A stretch of DNA of 64,000 nucleotides from Dudresnaya verticillata (lineage: Eukaryota). This document shows, one piece after another, positions 46,855-56,456 of this stretch; position 1 is the first letter of the stretch, and every line of letters starts with the position of its first letter. The position numbers were made by a program, and so were the translations under genes. A model generated the notes under the pieces. The model saw nothing but the letters and a program-made list of their open reading frames with translations. It was not told the origin of the DNA and searched no databases. Where the stretch lies: contig OZ374562.1 of NCBI GenBank assembly GCA_977862235.1, forward strand, positions 2,170,001-2,234,000. The letters run 5' to 3'.

Positions 46855-49143
46855 ATGGCCCTGCTGACCCCGCTGCTCCTCTCTTTGCTGCTTTCCGCAG
46901 CCTTCGGTCTACAGCGCGCGGAGCGCCACTTCGGCTGCGCCCCGGGCAAGAACGCCTGCATATACCCGCTCACGGGCGGCTCCTTCCACCATGACGTCCT
47001 GTTCGACTTTCAGGTCGCCCTGCATGTACCACCGGCCACCCCAATTGACCCCGACTTCCGTTCCGCCATCTCCATCCACATCAAGCTCCCATCCGGTGCC
47101 GTCCTCACCCCAGAGAGCGCGTTCGCCATCTCCGCCCAGCCCCGCAACTGGACCTTCTTCGCCTTCGACTCGGCAGCCGACATAATGCCCGACCCATTCG
47201 CCTCCTACGCCCTCACCTACCGCAATGTCTGCTTCACCAGCCACCACGGCGTCGGCCCGGTCTCCGTAACTGTTCACGCGCGTGACGTAACCACTGTCGC
47301 ACGCTACACCATTCGCCCTCCAGTTAAGCGCCGCGCCCGAAACGTCGTGCTCTTCGTCGGCGATGGCATGGCCCTCCCCATGATGGCCGCAGCCCGCCTC
47401 GTATCGCGTGGCATAGCCCATGGCCGCTACAACAGCCTCCTGCACATGGAGCAACTCCCATTCCACGCCCTTCAGCACCCACCCGGCGTCGACTCCATCA
47501 TCCCGGACAGTGCCAACTCCGCCTCCGCCTTCCACACTGGCCACAAGACCTCCGTCGGTGCCCTCGGTGTCGTTGCAGACTCCAGTCCGGATGACCTGGC
47601 CCATCCCAAGGTCGAGACCATCGCCGAGCACGTCAAGCGCCGCTATGGTATGGCCGTCGGCGTCGTTACCACCGCCGCCCTCTACGACGCTACACCCGCC
47701 GCCGTATGGGCACACGTGCGCAGGCGCGTACAGGCACAGGACATTCTAAACCAAGCCATAAATGCGTGTGAGGGCTGTCAGGCCGCAGTTCAGCCTGACG
47801 TCCTCATGGGAGGCGGCGGCGACTTGTTTCTGCCAAGCAACGCCACCGGCGGGGTGGACGTATACGCACAATACGCCGCTAAGGGCTATACTGTAACTCA
47901 CACGCGTGAGGAGATGCTCAAGGCCGCGGCGAACAACAACACTGACAAGCTGCTTACCGTCTCACACCGCGGGGACATGAACGTATGGCTAGATCGCAAC
48001 GTCTTCAAGGAAAATCTACAATCCCCGGACGACTCCCCACGTGGAGATGGCGTCCCACCAACAGACCAGCCTGGGCTGAACGATATGGTCACGTCTGCGT
48101 TGAAGGTGCTGTCGCGCAACAAGAACGGCTTCTTCCTCATGATAGAGGCCTCTGGCATCGACAACGCAGCGCACGCGTTGGACGTGCCTCGCACATTATC
48201 TGACTTGCTGGAGCTCGACAACGTGGTGGGAAATGTGGCACGCTGGGCGCGAGCCAACGGTGATGAAACCCTGCTCCTCGCCACTGCTGACCACGGCCAT
48301 GGCTTTGACGTGTTCGGCACGGTCGATACAGCGCTGTGGGACATTCTCGTGAACGCCACTGACGAGGAGTCCGTGTCCGACGTCGAGCACATGTGCCGTC
48401 CGGTGTCTGACTTGTCAGGACGGCTGTTTCGCGCAAAGCGGGACAAAACGACGGGAATGCGTGGGCGTGAGGCCAACCGCGCTCGTCGGCTGTCCGTTGG
48501 TGTATTTGACGGCGCTGGCTTCCCAGATTATGTCGATGCCGACGGTGATGGGTTCCCAGACTCTTGGAACGTGCGCACTGTGCTGGCCTCGGGGATGAAC
48601 AACTACCCAGACCACACCGAGGACTACCGCGTGTCGCCGCAGCAGAAGGTGCCAGCCGTACTCGTCGGCTTGCCGCCGGGGACGGACCTCAGTGAGGCTG
48701 GAGGGAGCGGAATCAGAGGGTTGCCAACGGACCTCGAGAGCCTGCTGAAAATCGGGGCGGTGAACAACCCACGCGACGATCCGAACGGTATATTCCTGAC
48801 GGGCAATCTGTCGCCTTTCGTACCCGTGGATGTGCACACGATGCAGGATGTGGGTCTATTCGCTGGTGGTCCCGGCGCGGAGCGTGTGCGCGGGTTCATG
48901 GATAGCACAGAAGTGTTCCACGTGATTGCGGATGCGCTCGGCTTTGGGACTGATGGGCGGCTCGATGAGGAGCAGCACTTGTTCGGGGATGTGGTGAGGT
49001 GCGTGAACGAGAGGCAAAGATGCCATTGCGATGAGGTCGACAGGGCGTTTTTCTGCGCATGCAGGCACAGAGGACCCGAGTCCTTCGTTCGACCTGGAAC
49101 CCGGATGTGCTCGGTGATGAAGGGCGTTGTGCGACCCATGTAA
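46855..49143 (+). CDS. phoA: Secreted PhoA-type alkaline phosphatase (762 aa)
   Basis: Signal peptide MALLTPLLLSLLLSAAFG; FVGDGM, PDSANSASA (catalytic Ser), DATPAA, IEASGIDNAAH, TADHGH and HTMQDV metal-binding motifs. Confidence 0.92.
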   Translation: MALLTPLLLSLLLSAAFGLQRAERHFGCAPGKNACIYPLTGGSFHHDVLFDFQVALHVPPATPIDPDFRSAISIHIKLPSGAVLTPESAFAISAQPRNWTFFAFDSAADIMPDPFASYALTYRNVCFTSHHGVGPVSVTVHARDVTTVARYTIRPPVKRRARNVVLFVGDGMALPMMAAARLVSRGIAHGRYNSLLHMEQLPFHALQHPPGVDSIIPDSANSASAFHTGHKTSVGALGVVADSSPDDLAHPKVETIAEHVKRRYGMAVGVVTTAALYDATPAAVWAHVRRRVQAQDILNQAINACEGCQAAVQPDVLMGGGGDLFLPSNATGGVDVYAQYAAKGYTVTHTREEMLKAAANNNTDKLLTVSHRGDMNVWLDRNVFKENLQSPDDSPRGDGVPPTDQPGLNDMVTSALKVLSRNKNGFFLMIEASGIDNAAHALDVPRTLSDLLELDNVVGNVARWARANGDETLLLATADHGHGFDVFGTVDTALWDILVNATDEESVSDVEHMCRPVSDLSGRLFRAKRDKTTGMRGREANRARRLSVGVFDGAGFPDYVDADGDGFPDSWNVRTVLASGMNNYPDHTEDYRVSPQQKVPAVLVGLPPGTDLSEAGGSGIRGLPTDLESLLKIGAVNNPRDDPNGIFLTGNLSPFVPVDVHTMQDVGLFAGGPGAERVRGFMDSTEVFHVIADALGFGTDGRLDEEQHLFGDVVRCVNERQRCHCDEVDRAFFCACRHRGPESFVRPGTRMCSVMKGVVRPM

Positions 49144-49279
49144 GCCCTTGGTGTTTTGTGGTGGATGGCATTCCTGGTTTATCCTTAGCGAGAAAGAGAC
49201 AGGGAGAGTAAGTAATGCATCCTACAAGTTATGAGATCCCCAGATATGTACAAAAAAGGCTCAACGCTCTCTTCGATTC

Positions 49280-49363
49280 AATATATATATATATATATAT
49301 ATATATCTCCCTCCAAGGAATTAGCCTCTCTCTCATCGTCCAAAGGGTTCCAGTAAAGTTCCA

Positions 49364-49449
<86 letters not shown>

Positions 49450-49850
49450 ACACACCACAGGTGGATGGCTACACAAGGCCCGGCAGTATTTTACACGCAT
49501 CGCTGACGCGAGAGCGACTCGATTCAATGAGACTCGAAGCACCTCGGGCTTGCGTTGTTTCTCTCACATTGATTGCCGCTTTCCTCGTTAAGCGCAACGC
49601 CGCCTGCCTTCTCGCCAGCATTGCTGGTTAGAATGTTCAAAGTAGTATCACTGTAAGGATTGGAGCATCCCAGCTCATGCACAACAGTTATCTTAGACAA
49701 CACCTCCCAGATTCAGCACCATAGCTCTCTCTCTTTAGACCACCACATCTCTCAGCTGACTTCCGCAGACAGGAACTTCGAAAATCCACACACACACACA
49801 CTCTCTCTCTTTCTCTCTCTCTCTTTCTCTCTTTCTCTCTCTCTCTCTCT
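49280..49850. repeat. Microsatellite cluster: (AT)n at ~49280-49306, compound (CA)n(TC)n at ~49366-49444 and ~49787-49850
   Basis: Directly visible. Confidence 0.95.
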
Positions 49851-51291
49851 ACAAACTCTCTAGCAACATGTGATCCAAGGAATTAGCCTCGCTCCTCGTC
49901 TACAGGGCCCCAGTAAAACTCTACAAACTCTCTAGCCGCCGCCATCGCTGGTTAGAACATTCTAGCGCAGTAACTATCTCGGACAATGGTTCTCAGCTGA
50001 ATTCCAGAGGCAGGCACTTCGTAGAATCCACAAACGCTCTCTCCAGCCGTCTATTGGGATTAATGTGACGCGCGAGCATTCTTTTCGTTACCACGATGCC
50101 TTCTACGCCTGGACTTGGTTTGGGATGATCCCGCCTTTTCCGATTCATTCATTGGTTATGACCTCACTATTGCTGCCCCCTTTACTGCACTGTCAATATC
50201 TACAGCAGCTGTCATTCCTACGGGGCCGCCCAAGTTGCCGAAAAGGGCAAACAACGCCAACACCGCATCGCTTGTGAGACTATTCTATTACCTTTTAACC
50301 ACTTGGATGCGATAAACACGGGGGCAGCGGCCCTGCATGCCGAGCTGCGCTGCAACCGCTCGCTGCTTACTTGCCACACGAAGAGGGACCAGTCCCAGCT
50401 CTGAATACCATTTGTTAATATCGCCTCTAGTTTCTCGCATTCTCCTGCTTACGGCTCTCGCCGTGAATCGTTGACGTCCTGTCTGTCCTGACCTTCCAGT
50501 AACCATCAGCCGGTAAACAGGTAGGGTTTCCGTTTGTTCTTCTTGTTTTCAAAAAGTTGTGACGATGATGATGATGGCAAACAAAATCCCCCTACTTCGG
50601 GGAAGGGACGATATCAAATACAGATTGAAGCTAGTAAAACGGCATCCGTTGACTCTTACCGCGACGTTCTGCATCAAAAAAGCTCGGAAGGGTGAAGGTC
50701 GTACACTTCTTTCATCCTGGACTCGAAATCAACCCCAATGCTCCCATAAACATTCATGGCAAGTATGCCTGGGGACGCTGAATGATGTTGAAGCAAGACT
50801 CTTGAAATTTTATTGGTGATGGTAAACATTTACTAATTGTTTAGGGTGGTCCCGCATGGGCAACTAAGACCCATTAGCAGGCGCACCAGCTTGATGACCC
50901 GCGCTGGTTATGCATATGCATATTTCCGACACGGGCGACTTCGCCTCCCTCCATACACTCGTAAAGTTCTCCTTCTCCCAGAATACAGCATGTGTCAGAA
51001 TTTGTTGAGTTTACTGAAATACCGATTCTATCGTAGCTACTGTTAATTAGTGCCCCCCGCCGTTTTGCTACAAGTCAACACAAAGAAACCAGATCGAAAC
51101 CCATTTCGAGACCCCTCTTCAAACAATCTTCTCTCTAAGAAAATCCTGGCATAGAACACCTTTGCAGCAATTTTTCCTTTGGTGAACTGAATGTACAGTT
51201 CACAGAAGACTGAGTTGAGAATTTCTATATAACTGACCGCTTTTGAAGCTAAAGCTCCATATCTCCTTAGCTCGCTGCATGCGACTTGAAA

Positions 51292-52170
51292 TCACGACCA
51301 TTCGAAGCGTCTATCGTCTTGAAACCCATTGCTTTTCAAGGCGTCTCTCAAAAGAGCTTTCAAATAAGAATAGTTTGGGCGTTGGGAATATCGCAGCGTT
51401 CTGACATATCCATGGAATTCTCGCAGCTCAACAGGCATTCCTCTGAAAAGCTCTGCACCAGGGATGAATTCTTTCGTGCTGGACGCGAACTCTTCATAAG
51501 AAATTCCGGCTGGTGTACGGCAGTCCCATGGCAAAGATCCCGTGTACAAACTTACAAACGTGTATACCAACGACTCCAAGTCATCTCTCCTTGATGGCTG
51601 ATGACGGTGATGGCAGTTGACGGAGAGAAACATTAGTGTCCTGGTAACACCGGACGTCTTTCTATCTGGATAGTGATCCTTTCTACCAGGCCGCCTAAAC
51701 CGCCTGGAAAGGCCAAAGTCTGCAAGGTACACTTGGTCGCTATTTCGTTTCCCCAGCAACAAATTGGAGGGCTTAATGTCACAGTGGACAAACCCTTTCT
51801 CATGTAAGATTTCCAGCCTTGTGACCAGCTGAATTCCAAGCATTAGGACGGTCTTGAGAGACATCTTCTCTCCTGGGCAAAGCTTCCTCGCGTGCTCAAG
51901 CGACTTTCCCAACCGTTCCATAACAAGAACAGTGAACGTCTTGTAGTGCCCGTAGTATAGTATCTGTGCGAATCCGCTTGTTGGCGAATATTTTTGTAGA
52001 GCTCGGTACACAATGTACTCATCATAAAGTGTTTGCATCCGTACCGGTGCTTTATCTTCCAGCTTAACGGCGACCTCATCACCGGTGTGGGTATCAACTG
52101 CAAGCCGCACAACACCGAATGATCCAGCTCCTAACACTCTGTCCAGGCGCCACCTGCCCTTGATTAACAT
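51292..52170 (-). CDS. CK1: Casein kinase 1 family kinase, copy 3, divergent (292 aa from the first in-frame ATG)
   Basis: GAGSFG, VAVK, HCDIKPSN, DFG, RTLMFLSVN, SRRDDLES. Ends FEWS-stop. TATAAA on the minus strand at 52328-52333. Confidence 0.88.
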   Translation of the reverse strand: MLIKGRWRLDRVLGAGSFGVVRLAVDTHTGDEVAVKLEDKAPVRMQTLYDEYIVYRALQKYSPTSGFAQILYYGHYKTFTVLVMERLGKSLEHARKLCPGEKMSLKTVLMLGIQLVTRLEILHEKGFVHCDIKPSNLLLGKRNSDQVYLADFGLSRRFRRPGRKDHYPDRKTSGVTRTLMFLSVNCHHRHQPSRRDDLESLVYTFVSLYTGSLPWDCRTPAGISYEEFASSTKEFIPGAELFRGMPVELREFHGYVRTLRYSQRPNYSYLKALLRDALKSNGFQDDRRFEWS

Positions 52171-53738
52171 CGGATCTTTCCTTTTCCTCACGAGTTCGAG
52201 GCTGTCTCGGCAGATTATTTGTAGATTGGTAATGGTGTTTTGGGAGTTTGAAATCGTGAGGTCGATAGGTGAAGGTACTAGGGAATGTTAGTAGGCTATG
52301 GGTCGACACCAGCGGGGCGTGGTAGTGTTTATAAGTACCAAACTTGCGACAATCGTCGGCGGACGTCGGTCACCCTCTTCGAGTATGTATGACAGCAGCT
52401 TGAATTCTCATCGCACTTAACGGCAAAACTTAGCACATTCCTCACCAACTAATAGGATAAATTAGCAACATTGAGCCTTTCTCTCTTATCAGTCCATCAT
52501 CACAACTTTAATGAAGCAAGAAGAACTGCAGGAAACCCTAATGACTTACCCACTGATGAATACTGGAAGGCCTGGACACACTGGACGTGTACGATTCACC
52601 GCGAGGGAGGTGAGCTGGAGAATGCTGGAAATTGCAGTTTGAGGACAGCATGTTCAGACTTGCTTCCTTTTGAGTTCTTTCGAAACTCCTGCATATTATC
52701 ATATATCCCCTCTGTGGTAGCTGTTACCGAAATAGCGAAGCTTTCCTGTTAGGACAAGGACAAGAATGTCAATATAATATTCAGATGGAGACAGAGGTTT
52801 GGTAGAACAGGAACGCCAAAGCTTTGTCGAATTGGAAGAAGTGCGTAGGAGCAGGGCTGAACATTTTACCTGTAAACAACACAGTGCAGGATGAATTCAA
52901 GTGCTCTGTGAAGTATGAGGAGTCGTTGGACTACATAACAGAAAAAGTAGATGTATTCTTCTCTAAAACATATCCTTTGGGAACGGAATCCACAACAGGT
53001 AATTCGATTATAAACGGGCTTATGGGGCTGTTCTAATTACTTAAGGGATAATGCTTGCGTTCGTTTAGCGTCTTTGATTGCAGTCGAGCACCAACGTTGG
53101 TGCGGGCTCACTCCTCCCGAACTGTGCTCTGGAGGGCATACTGCGTGTAAGCCGTGATGTTTGAGAGCCCTGACGCTGCTGTTGCTTTGATGTCTCGACT
53201 AAATCTCACAATAGCTGAGCCTCACGAAATAGCCCGAACAATAGAGCGCATGGTGCGCGTGCACTGCGCGTACTTTTTGTCTTTCCCTCGACGCATTGAT
53301 TGCCTATTTTCTCGGCAAACTACCTCGACGAGAATTTCGGTTTTTTATGGTTTCTGGTTGACGCGGTTCAGTTCGAGTCCACGTGTCACTGCTGTCTTCA
53401 AACCTGACGAGTCAAAATGTCACGGAGGGCCCATAATAGTTTCATGGCCGTGGCTGTTTCGGCCGTAGTCACAACCGCACGGCGAAGGCGGGAAAGGGCA
53501 ATCCCGCTGTCACACGCACCGGATCTGCTAATAAACAGGCTTCGCTCCCGATTGCAGGGCAGTGGGGGCAACCAACGCAGTGCCCATCGACTGCACTTGG
53601 AGTTAGAGTGTGCCCGGCGAAAAACCATCGCGCCGCACAACTCTCATCAGGGCCTCCATCTAATCCAAGCACCAAAGCCCTTCTTCGCGTTGACGCCCTA
53701 CCCTCGTGGAACCCCTCGGGGCTCTCCGCTGCAGCACC

Positions 53739-54272
53739 ATGTCGGACAGTGATCACACCGATTACCGTCCACATCCCAACACAACTCCCACCGGCTCCAC
53801 CACTACCATGAATCCTGCCTCCCCCGAGAACGGCGCCAATCCCCCTTCCGCACCGCAAGTCAACGATAACATGCAAGGCGTATCCATCCCCAGAATGGCT
53901 GAAAGTGTGCGAGACATTCTATCGTCCTGTGACTTCCCGCGTACCCCCGCAGCAGTCACTGCCACCCAAATGCGCCTCTTCGCAGATCAAGCTGGCCGCG
54001 AGCTGCAAATGTGGCTCCCGGACTCACCGGACAAGAGCAGTATCATCGACAGCTTCTTCCGGTTTTTCGAAGGGCGCATCTTCCGCTGTTGGAGAGAAGG
54101 AGCAAACTCAACGCCAGATTTACTTCAATTGACTTGTGCACTCGTATCACGGCGAATTGAGCGTCATGGGGCTCGTGTAAGCCCTTGCGACATATTATCA
54201 AGATGCATTGATGCTATGCGAGCAGGAGACGATGCCGCTGCAGAAGACCGTGCCGCTGCAGAAGAACTTTGA
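53739..54272 (+). CDS. Hypothetical protein (177 aa), possibly truncated by a frameshift
   Basis: CACCATGT start context and protein-like composition. An acidic stretch continues in another frame to 54390. No recognisable domain. Confidence 0.4.
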   Translation: MSDSDHTDYRPHPNTTPTGSTTTMNPASPENGANPPSAPQVNDNMQGVSIPRMAESVRDILSSCDFPRTPAAVTATQMRLFADQAGRELQMWLPDSPDKSSIIDSFFRFFEGRIFRCWREGANSTPDLLQLTCALVSRRIERHGARVSPCDILSRCIDAMRAGDDAAAEDRAAAEEL

Positions 54273-55234
54273 CCACAACTCTGCGGCGCAGGTAGACGAG
54301 AAAGACGCGACGCCGCTTCCCGGAAGTGACCTCAGTGCATCTGAAGAGCAAGACAGTGCCGAAGATGCAGGTAGGGGTACTGGATCCTAAAGCTTGGTAT
54401 CAAAGAGGGTGCTAACAAAGCACCTTCAATGAAATGGGCTAGGCAGTTATCGCACATTTTGCCGCTCTGGCGTCCGATAAATCGCAGCGCCCGCCGGTCA
54501 CGAGTACCAAAGGTTCGGTATGAGTAAACAAGAAGAGGGTAGAGTGTCATGTCTTCAGTAGCCAAAAGACCCTGAAAGCGAGCTAGTTTCGGTGGTTCAG
54601 CTTGCACTGCTGCGGTACTAGCGGTGCGCGAAACTAGCCGGCAATGGTGGCTGCCGAACGGAGTAAGTATGTTGAGCGTTTTTGCGTCGATCCGGAGATT
54701 GTTGCGATTGGCGGCATTGTGTGGGGAAATGAGGAAAGTGTAGAGGTGCTAGTGTCGAGTGCCAGCGAACTGCCGGGAGTCGGTCGCGGTAGTCGGGGAG
54801 GGAAAGGGTAAGGGCGAATCAAGGCATGCGTGCGACAAGGGTTGGACGAGCTGTAGGATGGGTAGCACGCCATTCCATCGTGAGGTCCTCGGAGATGTCG
54901 GAGCGTTGGCGGCAGTGATGAAGTACCGAGTGGCGCGAGGGGCATGGTACGCGGTGCAGCTCGGATAGCGTACTCCTTAGTGACCTTGAGAATCCAGAGT
55001 ACCTTGTCGGAAGGTTGCGTATAAGAAGTACTAGAGCCAGTTCGGTGTGAGCAAGGTGGCTCTCATTTTATGTTCGAATCTTCTGGTACGTGGTTTAAAC
55101 AACACGATGTTGGACGATAGCAGTGAGAAGTGCATAGCATTGTAGAGCTTGCGTCGCTCCCAAAATTCTAGAGCGAAAGTGCTTCGCCTGTCGCGGAATT
55201 CAAAACATTCTCGATGCGAAGGCTCTGGTTAGGG

Positions 55235-55263
55235 TAGTCTTTCCTATGCATAAAGGTCTCCAT
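55235..55263 (+). mobile_element. 29-bp, extremely 5'-truncated copy of the non-LTR element 3' tip
   Basis: Exact reverse complement of 41774-41802, flanked by the direct repeat CTCTGGTTAGGG at 55223-55234 and 55264-55275. Confidence 0.85.
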
Positions 55264-56456
55264 CTCTGGTTAGGGGTTGGGATAATTCTTGCGCGAATCG
55301 GGAAAGGAATGGGAAGCCGGACGACAACCTGGAGCGGTTTGGTCATTTCCTGCGCTCGTTATGCCTCTCAGCACGAAGCCTGTCGCATTGTGGTTGTGAA
55401 GTCGGGGAACACCGCCATGAAGACTCTCTGACCTTGCAAGCAGCTGACCCATGTCGAATTCAAGCTGGCATCCGTAAGTCCTTGGATACCCAAAGGCCGC
55501 AAAAGTCCTGTGCTCTCGAACACGGTGGAAAGATGCGCGGTGCCTCCTGATATATCGGAAATATTGTGGTTAATTGAACCTACCAGATGATCTGTGCAGG
55601 TGGGAACAGTTCAGCGCATCGTGCATATCGAAACCTACGCAGCGTTGCCATGGAAGTTTGTTATGGATAACCTACACGGAGCAACAAACTCGAAGCGTTT
55701 TTAGCCAACTTATGTTTCTGCGCCAGTATCTTGCCAATCATGCTGAGGACTCGTACCGCTCGCGACCTGGTAGCCTTTCGAACAGCGAGTACGTACACAT
55801 CTGCAGGCGCCGATATGTTGGCATATGTTCTCTTGCTCTAAATCGCAGCGAAAGATTTCCTGGAAGAGATTGTGGAGCAACTCATCGCTCGAACGGGCAA
55901 GGGAATTGTTACAGCAACCAACCATGAACAGGGTTAACCGATCCAAGATGGGAACTTTCAGTGCAGACTGATAAACAAAAGACGCTCCGAACAGGATACT
56001 CTACGCTTGTACAGGAATCATTGAGGCTATGACAGTCAACATTTCCTTTTCATTTCGTGCCACTTGACAGACGTTTCCTACTAAGACGTTACATACTATC
56101 CGGTCTCTGGAGTTCCCCTAAGCTGCGGAGCAGCGGTGGGGCTTCACGGTCGCGAGTCTAGTGAACAATTTCTTGTAATGGCAACTCAGCAGTATACTGA
56201 GTATGCTCCAGATTGCGCGATTATTGTTACTCTATGAGGTCCTGACTCAGCTCTTCTCGCACAGATGTTGGCAGAGCCCTCGAATGCCTGTAAATGCCCG
56301 CTTGCATTGTACGCAGGTGTATTGATCGTCCTCCGCGTGACTCTTCGCAATGCGGGAACGCAGGGGCGCCGGGTCCTGGGGAATCACCTGGAGCATCGTG
56401 GCGTTGGTGTAACCTTGATTCACCCCCCCGCTGGAACGGCCTGTGGTTGGGTAGGT

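Noticed and set aside
54600..56100. Possible decayed LRR/F-box-like gene
   Set aside because: Only vague leucine-rich fragments across many stops.
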